From assembly GCA_958414825.1 (NCBI GenBank), contig CATYXQ010000001.1, positions 6,401-70,400 on the forward strand: a DNA stretch of 64,000 nt, in the 5' to 3' direction. The stretch comes from an uncultured Eubacteriales bacterium. Lineage in GTDB: Bacteria; Bacillota; Clostridia; Oscillospirales; CAG-272. The translations under genes were made by a program, and so were the position numbers. Below the pieces are notes generated by a model, which was given only the letters and a program-made list of their open reading frames with translations, had not been told where the DNA came from and did no database searches. Position 1 is the stretch's first letter. Each line of letters opens with the position of its first letter. Of the stretch, positions 17,148-26,082 are shown in pieces.

Positions 17148-20100
17148 TCAAAAGAAAGAAAACTGATTGGTTTCGTTCAGATTGTCCAAAACGCTGTTGC
17201 GAGTTAAAATTTCAACCACGCTTTTATTTAACTGCGCGCGCTCACGAAGTTCCTCAATGGAAAAAAACTCGCCCTCACCGCGCGCCTCTACAATTTTCTG
17301 CGCCGCCGTCTCTCCAAGCCCCCCAAGCGACGCAAACGGAAGCCGTATCTTTCCGTTTTCCGGCAAGAATGCCGCAGCATCCGATTTGTATAAATCCACC
17401 GGCAAAAACTGTATACCGCGCGCAAGCGCCTCCCGTACAAGCTGCAAAGCCGTGATCATTTCTGCGTCTTTCTGGGTCGCATCCTCCTTGGCGGAAAGTT
17501 CATCTATCTTGGCCGAAACCGCACCGCGCCCCCGCATAACAACTTCACCGTCAAACCCGCCGGGCGCCACGGTAAAGTAGGCGGCGTAAAACTCCATGGG
17601 ATAATAAATTTTATACCATGCCAGACGAATCGCACTCATAACATAAGCCGCAGCATGCGCTTTGGGAAACATGTATTTGATTTTTTTACAGGAAGCGATG
17701 TACCATTCCGGCACATTGTGCGCCAGCATTTCATCTTCCCATTCAGGCGTCAGTCCCTTACCCTTACGCACGGATTCCATAATTTTAAAGGCAAGACCGT
17801 TGTCAAGTCCGTGCCGAATCAAATACAGCATGATGCCGTCGCGCGTTCCCACAACCTCAGAAATCGTACAGGTGCCCTCGCGAATCAAATCCTGTGCATT
17901 GCCAAGCCACACGTCGGTGCCGTGTGTCAGCCCCGAAATCTGCAAAAGGTCGGCAAAGTTCTGCGGCTTTGCATCCACCAGCACACTCTGGATAAAACGC
18001 GTACCCATTTCAGGCAGACCAAGCGTTCCAAGCGGGCAGCCGATGTCGTCGGGCGTCACGCCGAGCGGCGCACAGGACAAAAACAGTTCATACGCCGAGC
18101 GGTCGTTCATTTTTACATCCATGACGCTGGTGTTTGTATACTTTTCCAACATCTTGTACTTGGTCGGCATATCGTGTCCGAGCTCGTCAAGTTTCAAAAT
18201 CGTATCATGCAGATACGAAAACTGAAAGTGCGTCGTCACAATATTGGATTTCGGGTCGTCGGCCGGATGCTGCACGGGCGTAAAATCATAAATGCTGTAT
18301 TCTTTCGGCACAACAATAATACCGCCGGGATGCTGTCCGGTCGTGCGTTTTACGCCGACGCAGCCCGCCACAAGGCGATCCACATCCGCCCGACAGAGCG
18401 AAATGCCGCGCTCCTCCAAATACTTGGATACAAAGCCGAACGCGGTCTTGGAAGCCAGCGTGCCGATGGTTCCCGCGCGGAAGACATTCTCACTGCCGAA
18501 CAGTTCCTCCGTGTATTTATGTACGCGTCCCTGCACATCGCCTGAAAAGTTCAGGTCAATATCCGGCGACTTGTCCCCATAGAAACCGAGGAACGTCTCA
18601 AACGGAATGTCGTGCCCGTCTCCGTGATAGGGCGCGCCGCAAACCGGGCAGTTTTTATCCGGCAAATCGAAGCCGGAACCGACTGAACCGTCGGTAAAAA
18701 ATTCGCTGTGCTTGCATTGCGGGCAGACATAATGCGGCGGCAGCGGGTTGACCTCCGAAATACCGGCCATGGAAGCAACAAAGGACGAACCGACCGAGCC
18801 GCGGGAACCTACTAAATACCCCTGGCTCTCGCTGTAGGCGACAAGCTTTTGCGCGATCATATAAAGCACCGCAAAACCGTGCTTAATGATCGAATCCAGT
18901 TCTTTGGCAAGACGCTTTTCCACAATTTCCGGAAGATTCTCGCCGTAAATAGAGCGAGCGCGCTCCCAGCACATGTGTTGCAGATCCTCCTCCGCCCCCT
19001 CCATAATCGGCGTATAGGTGCCTTTTGGGATTGGGCGGATTTCCTCAATCATATCATTGATACGATTGGTATTCGTCACCACAACCTCATAAGCGGTTTC
19101 CTTGCCGAGATAGCTGAACTCCTCCAGCATCTCCTCAGTGGTGCGGTAATACAGACCTATGTCCCGGTCGGCGTCCGAAAATTTGAGACCGGAGAGCAAA
19201 ATTTTTCGGTAGATTTCGTCTTCACGGTTCAAAAAATGCGCGTCGCACGTTGCGACTACCGGTTTACCGAGCTTTTTTCCGAGCGCAACGATCTTTCGGT
19301 TCAGATTGCGAAGTCCCTCGTCATCCGCCGCTTTTCCCTCCGCAATCAGAAAACGATTGTTGCAAATCGGCTGAATTTCCAGATAATCGTAAAACTCGGC
19401 GATTTTTTCGATTTCATCCTGCGAACGGCCGTCCAGCACCGCGCGGAACAGTTCGCCCGCTTCACAGGCAGAACCAATCAAAAGGCCGTCCCGGTATTGC
19501 TCAAGCACCGTCTTCGGAATACGGGGATTCCGCCGATAATAATCGAGATAGCTCATGGAAATGAGCTTATAGAGATTTTTTAAACCGGTCGCATTTTTCA
19601 CAAGCAGAATCTGGTGATAAGTGCGAAGCTTTAGGGGATCGGCGCTTTCGCTCATCGCGCCGTTGATGCGCTCAAGATTTGCAATCCCTTCGTTTTTCAA
19701 TTTCTCCGCCATTTTGAAAAAGATATGAGCCAGCATTTCCGCGTCGTCACAGGCACGGTGATGATTAAAATCTCCGAGGCCGTAATACTCCGCAAGTATA
19801 TCCAACTTATGCCGTTTCAGTTCAGGGTTGGCAAAGCGCGAAAGCGCAACCGTATCCATATACGGATTGTCAAACGGAATGTGCAATTGTTCTGCGGCGG
19901 CACGAATAAAGCTAATATCAAAATTGGCATTGTGCGCAATCAGCAGACGATCGCCGACAAAATCGAGAAAATCCGGAATGGCTTTCTCTATGCCAGGCGC
20001 ATCCGCGACCATTTCATCGGTAATACCGGTCAATTCGGTAATATTCTGCGGAATCGGCATCCCAGGATTGACGAAAGTATTGTAACGCGCAAGCACCCGT

Positions 20101-21530
20101 CCGCCCTGAATTTTCACCGCGCCGATCTCGGTAATCCCGCAGTTTGCTACTGAAAGTCCCGTTGTTTCAATATCAAATACAATAAATTCATTGTCCAGCG
20201 TGGCGTCCTCAATATCGCCGTACACCGCGCGCGCGGTATCGTCAACAAAGTACGCCTCCATGCCGTAAATCACCTTGACGCCGCCCTGCTTTTCGGCTGC
20301 CAGCATCATCTCGGGGAAAGACTGAACGTTTCCGTGGTCGGTAATGGCAATAGCCGGATGGCCAAAACGCTTGGCCGTCGCAATAGCGTCAGCAGGATTG
20401 ATAATTGCATCCATCTGCGACATAACACTGTGCAAATGCAGTTCCACTCGCTTTTCGGACGCGTGATCCTCGCGCAGCACTTCCGAAATCTGCGCGATAT
20501 GCTGTGGCCGCATGACATTTTCGTTTGTAAACGTATCCACGCGCAGCCGTCCGTACACGGCATAGCATTTGCCGATTTTGACGTCGGAAACAAAACCGAC
20601 CTCATCTGTCAAATACACGCCCCGCAGGAAAACAGACGAATCACCGTCTGTCAGACCGATACTGACGCTGATTTTATCGCCCCGGCGCGTCTCTCGGGTA
20701 TCCACCGAAAAGACCTTGCCCATAATGAGATGCGTACCGGATGATTTTTGAAGTTTACGCATCGGCGTGGGCGCTGCAAACAAAAATTCCTCGCCGAGCA
20801 CCTGGCGGCTGTCCTGCGTATCAAACAACATATAGCCGCTTTTAAAGCGCGTCTCGCCGACTTGCTCGCCCTCAAGCGTCTCACTGTTCAGCGTATCCAC
20901 CATCGGCAGGCGCTCAGACTGCTCAGGCGCGCTGTTTGGCTCGGGCGGAGCCTGTTGCTCCGCTGCCAGCGCGCGCGCAATATCCGCATCCAGGCGGCGA
21001 TAATCGTTCTCAAAAACCGTTTTGCGAACGCTTTCTATATAAGCCGGATCCTCGCTCGAATGAATTTCCACTTTGAAGTCAAGCGCAAATTCACTTTTGA
21101 TAATTCCGGCAATCACGTCCGCCGTCCGCGCCATATCCAATATGCCGATTCCACCTGCGCCGAATGGAACGCCGATGCGAATGCGCGTCTCTGCAATTTC
21201 GATGTCCGCATAATGAAAGAATCCCCGGGACACAGTACCGACGCGCTCTGTCTCATTGAGCACCTCGGTCATATAACTTTTGTTGAATTTTTCCGCCGGG
21301 TAACGCGGCAGTATACGCACCGAATTCAAAGTATGCGCAGCGGCCAGTTCCCCCTCAAGCGCATATAAGAGAGATTTCTCCACAATATCCGGAAAGAATG
21401 CGCGCACCTCAACCATGCGGCGTTCTCGATCCACGCGAAGCGATACTTCCTGCGCGCATTTCATCACCGCCGCACGATTTTCCGACGAGGGCGTATAGGC
21501 CGGAAAATATTCTGCCAGGGATTTTGCCAT
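17148..21530 (-). CDS. polC: DNA polymerase III PolC-type (Gram-positive replicative polymerase)
   Basis: 1460 aa. The exonuclease motif is FIVFDIETTGL...HNANFDISF, and PHP and polymerase domains are present. Confidence 0.97.
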   Translation of the reverse strand: MAKSLAEYFPAYTPSSENRAAVMKCAQEVSLRVDRERRMVEVRAFFPDIVEKSLLYALEGELAAAHTLNSVRILPRYPAEKFNKSYMTEVLNETERVGTVSRGFFHYADIEIAETRIRIGVPFGAGGIGILDMARTADVIAGIIKSEFALDFKVEIHSSEDPAYIESVRKTVFENDYRRLDADIARALAAEQQAPPEPNSAPEQSERLPMVDTLNSETLEGEQVGETRFKSGYMLFDTQDSRQVLGEEFLFAAPTPMRKLQKSSGTHLIMGKVFSVDTRETRRGDKISVSIGLTDGDSSVFLRGVYLTDEVGFVSDVKIGKCYAVYGRLRVDTFTNENVMRPQHIAQISEVLREDHASEKRVELHLHSVMSQMDAIINPADAIATAKRFGHPAIAITDHGNVQSFPEMMLAAEKQGGVKVIYGMEAYFVDDTARAVYGDIEDATLDNEFIVFDIETTGLSVANCGITEIGAVKIQGGRVLARYNTFVNPGMPIPQNITELTGITDEMVADAPGIEKAIPDFLDFVGDRLLIAHNANFDISFIRAAAEQLHIPFDNPYMDTVALSRFANPELKRHKLDILAEYYGLGDFNHHRACDDAEMLAHIFFKMAEKLKNEGIANLERINGAMSESADPLKLRTYHQILLVKNATGLKNLYKLISMSYLDYYRRNPRIPKTVLEQYRDGLLIGSACEAGELFRAVLDGRSQDEIEKIAEFYDYLEIQPICNNRFLIAEGKAADDEGLRNLNRKIVALGKKLGKPVVATCDAHFLNREDEIYRKILLSGLKFSDADRDIGLYYRTTEEMLEEFSYLGKETAYEVVVTNTNRINDMIEEIRPIPKGTYTPIMEGAEEDLQHMCWERARSIYGENLPEIVEKRLAKELDSIIKHGFAVLYMIAQKLVAYSESQGYLVGSRGSVGSSFVASMAGISEVNPLPPHYVCPQCKHSEFFTDGSVGSGFDLPDKNCPVCGAPYHGDGHDIPFETFLGFYGDKSPDIDLNFSGDVQGRVHKYTEELFGSENVFRAGTIGTLASKTAFGFVSKYLEERGISLCRADVDRLVAGCVGVKRTTGQHPGGIIVVPKEYSIYDFTPVQHPADDPKSNIVTTHFQFSYLHDTILKLDELGHDMPTKYKMLEKYTNTSVMDVKMNDRSAYELFLSCAPLGVTPDDIGCPLGTLGLPEMGTRFIQSVLVDAKPQNFADLLQISGLTHGTDVWLGNAQDLIREGTCTISEVVGTRDGIMLYLIRHGLDNGLAFKIMESVRKGKGLTPEWEDEMLAHNVPEWYIASCKKIKYMFPKAHAAAYVMSAIRLAWYKIYYPMEFYAAYFTVAPGGFDGEVVMRGRGAVSAKIDELSAKEDATQKDAEMITALQLVREALARGIQFLPVDLYKSDAAAFLPENGKIRLPFASLGGLGETAAQKIVEARGEGEFFSIEELRERAQLNKSVVEILTRNSVLDNLNETNQFSFF

Positions 21531-21540
21531 TTTCTGCTCC

Positions 21541-22422
21541 TTACTTCACAAACTGTACGGCACCGTGAAGATTTTTCATTTCTATCGCACTCTCGGTACG
21601 CAGATACTCGCCGTCAAGCGACCAGGCCGTAGGCAAATCGGGAATAATTTCAAGAGAGGACGCTTTAAAAAACTCAAAACGTTTGTTCTCAAAATTGCTG
21701 GTCGTCAATGAATTAATAATCACATTCAAATCACCGAGCGTCCTCGGCATTTTAATTAAAATCACTTCAAAAAGACCGTCGTTGAGCGATACAATCTTAT
21801 CGCTCAGCTTCACAATTCCGCCGAAAGAAGTAGAATTTGCAATCGCACCAAATACATAATCTCCCTCATAAATTGTATCGTGCGTCATAAATTTCATATG
21901 CTGCGGCTTAATGCTCTGCAAATCCCGAATACCCTCAAACACATAGGCCGCATGTCCCAGCACGTTCTTAACATCCTGAGACGCAGAATAAGACGCGGCG
22001 GTAAACGCGCCGAATGAAGCGACATAGGTAAAATAGCGATCGCCGAATTTCCCGACGTCAAGCGGACGCGGCATACCGTCGGCAATCGCATGCGCCGCTT
22101 TTTTTATATTGGAAGAAAGACCCATGCTGCTGCCAAAATCATTGGTGCTGCCGCACGGAATATAACCCAGCGGAATCGACACGCCGGCCTTCAGCATACC
22201 GCTGATTACCTCATTCAGCGTACCGTCACCGCCGCAGCAAACAATCAGATCGTATTCAGCGCCCGCACCTGCAAACTCCGACGCGTCACCGCGCCGATTG
22301 GTCACCATAACAGTCACCGCAAAACCGCCCTCTGCGAAAATGCGGATAACATCCATCAACGCGCCCTTAATGCGCATTTTTCCCGCCACGGGATTGACGA
22401 TCAGTAAAAGTTTTTTATGCAT
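21541..22422 (-). CDS. Diacylglycerol/lipid kinase family protein (YegS/DagK-like)
   Basis: LLIVNPVAGK and CCGGDGTLNEV motifs. Confidence 0.85.
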   Translation of the reverse strand: MHKKLLLIVNPVAGKMRIKGALMDVIRIFAEGGFAVTVMVTNRRGDASEFAGAGAEYDLIVCCGGDGTLNEVISGMLKAGVSIPLGYIPCGSTNDFGSSMGLSSNIKKAAHAIADGMPRPLDVGKFGDRYFTYVASFGAFTAASYSASQDVKNVLGHAAYVFEGIRDLQSIKPQHMKFMTHDTIYEGDYVFGAIANSTSFGGIVKLSDKIVSLNDGLFEVILIKMPRTLGDLNVIINSLTTSNFENKRFEFFKASSLEIIPDLPTAWSLDGEYLRTESAIEMKNLHGAVQFVK

Positions 22423-22556
22423 TCCCTATCCGCCTCCTGTATCTACGAGAAATCTGTTATTATTTTTATTTTACCACATTCAACGGGCGGCGGCAACCGG
22501 AATTTGCATTTTCAAATAAATTTTCGAAAATAACGCTCAAATCCTTTTTCCCATAT

Positions 22557-22586
22557 AAAAACCGCGTGACAAGCACGCGGTTTTTA
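22557..22586 (-). terminator. Rho-independent terminator after the GH2 gene
   Basis: AAAAACCGCGTG-ACAAG-CACGCGGTTTTT, symmetric with A/T tracts on both sides. Confidence 0.75.
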
Positions 22587-22596
22587 TCATCAACTA

Positions 22597-24297
22597 TTAA
22601 TCTTCGATTACAGCTTTTCGGGTATTGATCGCACGAATCACATCTACCGGGAACTTCGGTAGGCGATCATAGGTATAAAGGCCGTTAACTTCCTGCTCAA
22701 CGTCGGTCAGCTGCGTATAGCAGAACGCGCTGATCGCGCTGTTATCCAGGAGGGCATCCACAAGTCCCTTGTATCTGGCAAGAAACTCCTCTTCGCTCTG
22801 CGGTCGATTGCCATATCCCCAACCGTGCTCCAGATCGTTCGGATTCCACCAAATGCCGCCGAACTCACTGATAAACGTCGGACAGCCGCCCTGCGGATAA
22901 TGCGGAAAACGTACCGCCTCTCCCTTTTCAAGCGGCAAATAATGCGCACGGAACACAGTCGGATCCTGCTCATAGTCATGCGCATCCAGAATATCAGTCA
23001 AATCATCCTGATGCGTCCATCCGGAAGCGTCAATATACAATCGGTCGGGGTCGTATGCGCGGGTCATATCGGCAATCATTTTAACGAAATCGCGATTCTG
23101 ATTCTGCTGTGTCTCATTTAACGGACACCAGCCGATAATCGCCGGATGGTTGTAATCGCGCCAGAGTACCTCCTGCCACTCGGGCAAAAAGCCGCGCCAT
23201 GCCTCATAGCGTGCAATATCCAGTCCCCAGTTTGCATGCTCCCCCCACACGATATAACCCATGCGGTCGCAATGATACAAAAAACGAGGTTCAAAAACCT
23301 TTTGATGCAGGCGCGCGCCGTTAAAGCCCATATCCAGAGAGCGCTGAATATCGGCAATCAGTTCTTCATCGCTCGGCGCAGTGTAAATCCCGTCCGGATA
23401 AAATCCCTGGTCGAGAATCAGACGCTGATAGACTACTTTTCCGTTGATATATGTTTTGCCGTTTTTCCACTCAACTTTCCGCATCCCGAAATAAGAATAA
23501 ACCTTATCTCCGTCAAGATCAAGTTCAAGGTCGTACAATTGACCGTCGCCGACGCTCCAAAGATGCAGTTCGGAAAGCCGGATCTCCATCGCTGCCACCT
23601 TTCCGGTTACAATCGTCTGCGCTTCACCGACACATTTCCCACCGAAAGAAGCCGTGGCACGCAACACTTTTCCGTCCGCATTCTCGCAAACCGCCTCAAT
23701 AAACAAACTCTGGTTTTCAAGAGACGGACGGTATTTCGTGCGGTCTATGTAATGATCCGGCACATTTTCCAGCCATACGGTCTGCCAAATGCCGGTCGTT
23801 CGCGTATAAGAGCAGCCAATCGAAGCGAATTTACGGCACTGCTTGCCGCCCGGCTGTCCCTGGCTGCGCAAAAGATCCGTCGCAGAAATCACAATTTTAT
23901 TCTCTCCGGTATGGAGCGCCGCGGTAATGTCCATCATAAAAGACACATACCCGCCGATATGCCGTCCGATATACTGATCGTTTACATAAACCTCGGTCTC
24001 AAAATCGCAGGCGCCGATATTAAGAAGCGTCCGGCGTCCCTTCGCTACCCATGCATCCGAAAGAGTAACCGTGCGCATATACCATACGCACTCCATAAAG
24101 TCCGTGTGCGCCAAACCGGACAGCCTGCTTTCCGGGCAAAACGGAACCTGAATCGTTTCGGAAAACTGTTCTGACTGCCAAAGCTTTCTTTCCTTGCCGC
24201 TCCGGCCATGATCGATTTCAAACTGCCAAGTGCCGTTCAAATTCATCCATTCCCTGCGTTCCATCTGCGGACGCGGATATTCTGGACGTGGAATCAT
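22597..24297 (-). CDS. Glycoside hydrolase family 2 protein (beta-galactosidase/glucuronidase/mannosidase-like)
   Basis: The sugar-binding, Ig-like and TIM-barrel domains are in order, and WCPLNE is the acid/base region. The start is trimmed to ATG 24297 (MIPRPEYPRPQ) with an AGAGGAG RBS. Confidence 0.8.
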   Translation of the reverse strand: MIPRPEYPRPQMERREWMNLNGTWQFEIDHGRSGKERKLWQSEQFSETIQVPFCPESRLSGLAHTDFMECVWYMRTVTLSDAWVAKGRRTLLNIGACDFETEVYVNDQYIGRHIGGYVSFMMDITAALHTGENKIVISATDLLRSQGQPGGKQCRKFASIGCSYTRTTGIWQTVWLENVPDHYIDRTKYRPSLENQSLFIEAVCENADGKVLRATASFGGKCVGEAQTIVTGKVAAMEIRLSELHLWSVGDGQLYDLELDLDGDKVYSYFGMRKVEWKNGKTYINGKVVYQRLILDQGFYPDGIYTAPSDEELIADIQRSLDMGFNGARLHQKVFEPRFLYHCDRMGYIVWGEHANWGLDIARYEAWRGFLPEWQEVLWRDYNHPAIIGWCPLNETQQNQNRDFVKMIADMTRAYDPDRLYIDASGWTHQDDLTDILDAHDYEQDPTVFRAHYLPLEKGEAVRFPHYPQGGCPTFISEFGGIWWNPNDLEHGWGYGNRPQSEEEFLARYKGLVDALLDNSAISAFCYTQLTDVEQEVNGLYTYDRLPKFPVDVIRAINTRKAVIED

Positions 24298-24620
24298 AAT
24301 ACTTTCTCCTCTGCAACATTTATTGATAGCACCCGTTTGCAAACGGCTCAAAAGCTTTCGCAAACAGAATTTATATTTATATTATACAACCGACAGAAAA
24401 TTAAGAAAATACAAAAAGCTCGCGAGAACTTATATTTTGTATAGTTTTTTACACAAAAGAAGCAGAAGTTTTTCAATCTTTCTTTTTTATAGAGCGTAAA
24501 CAGTCCGGCAATATACAGTTTTCAAATTATTTTTAAAGCGGTGACCAATAAAGCGCGCAGAAAACGCGGTACGCCAAGCTGCAGTGCACAGGGCGTTCAA
24601 AACGCGGACGTTTGCATATT

Positions 24621-25637
24621 TTACAGCATTTCCTCGATAGTATAGGCGCGAGTATAGGCGCGACCGCCGTTTTGATCGATCAGGGTAACGCGCACATATT
24701 TGTCTATCGGATCAATTTTGTATAACCCCTCTGTGACACGGTTGCCCTTTCCCTCGCATATACGGCTGCATCTGCGGATTCCGGTTGTGAAAATAATGCT
24801 TTCACAAGGCTCGGCTTCTACGTGCAGCACACCGTCCTCGCACCAAAGCGCCTTTAACAGAGGGCCGGTTGATGCGTAGTACTGTTTTTCGCGAAGCGCC
24901 TTTGCAAACGCTTCATAGCCGATCGATTTTGCCCAGAGCATTGTAAATGCAACAAAGCTGTCGCTCAGCGGATGATCTATAGGCTTGCCGTTATGGTTAT
25001 CGTCGCTTCCGGTTACAGCAATCATTTTTCCCTGACGAAGCAGTTCGTCGTAGGCATGGGCGTTGCTCTCGTCGTATCCCGACGCGAGGCAGCTGCCGTT
25101 GAAAATTTCCAATGCATCCATCCCCTCGTATGCACCGTATTCGTTTAAGGTTTCAAGAGACCAGGTCGGGTGATTATAGGAGACAAAAAAGCCCGCGTCT
25201 TTCGCTTTCCGGATCATATCGTTAACGCCATGCGGCGTATAACTGCGTACATAGTCCTCCGCATCACCGAAAACCATTTCATCAAAATGGGAGGCCGCGT
25301 TTCCTATCATATAATTGCTTCTGTGCAGACACACCTGCGTGAGGTTGCTTTTATCCAGCGCAATAAAACAAAGGTGACAGGTTTTCCTAAATCTAAATGG
25401 AGTATCCGGCTGAGATACTTCTACTTCGTAACCGTGAAGCGGAACAAATTCATCGTCAACCAGTTCATCGTGTGCAACAAAAATATCATGATCGGTAAAA
25501 GCTACGGCGGCATAACCGGCTTTTTTATATACTTCTTTGATTTCAGCAGGCGAAAGCTTTCCATCGGAATAGGTCGTATGACAGTGCAGATTGGTTTTAT
25601 AAAATTTGCCATCCTCGGCAAAAAGATGTTTTTTCAT
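24621..25637 (-). CDS. PHP-domain metallohydrolase
   Basis: NLHCHTTYSDGKLSP...AVAFTDHD are the PHP motifs. The start is trimmed to ATG 25637 (MKKHLF) with an AAGGA RBS. Confidence 0.75.
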   Translation of the reverse strand: MKKHLFAEDGKFYKTNLHCHTTYSDGKLSPAEIKEVYKKAGYAAVAFTDHDIFVAHDELVDDEFVPLHGYEVEVSQPDTPFRFRKTCHLCFIALDKSNLTQVCLHRSNYMIGNAASHFDEMVFGDAEDYVRSYTPHGVNDMIRKAKDAGFFVSYNHPTWSLETLNEYGAYEGMDALEIFNGSCLASGYDESNAHAYDELLRQGKMIAVTGSDDNHNGKPIDHPLSDSFVAFTMLWAKSIGYEAFAKALREKQYYASTGPLLKALWCEDGVLHVEAEPCESIIFTTGIRRCSRICEGKGNRVTEGLYKIDPIDKYVRVTLIDQNGGRAYTRAYTIEEML

Positions 25638-25935
25638 GACTTTTTTTCCTTTCTGAATGAAAATTCCGCTACGGCATTCAAACTCATTTTGCTCGATATC
25701 AAGCATAACACGCCGCTGCTCAAATGTCAAGAATTCAGCGCGTCTGCGCAAAGCGACAGATCTGTTTATCCGACTTCGCATAAAAATTGCATTTCAACTG
25801 TTCTGCAAAAAATTTTTCATATTCTTCGAAAACTTTTAAAAAACGCTTGATTTTTTCTATTCTTTCGTGCATATTTAATTAAGGAAAGAAAATATTTCCG
25901 CTGTCCTTTACGGAAAGCGTACAGAGGAGAAACAA

Positions 25936-26082
25936 ATGAAAAGAAAATTATTCTGGATACTGTCTGCTGCTTTTTTTGCTTTTTTGGTCTGTCCGTCTGC
26001 GGTAAGGAAACCGTGCTGTACAAAAACGATTTTTCAAGCGCAGACTTATCCGCTTTTACGCAAAAAGGCGGCTTTACGGTAA
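25936..26082 (+). other. Orphan signal-peptide ORF, out of frame with the GH43 body
   Basis: GAGGAGAAACAA precedes an ATG, and the ORF reads MKRKLFWILSAAFFAFLVC..., a charged n-region followed by a hydrophobic core. It runs 48 codons and overlaps ORF 26013. Confidence 0.7.
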
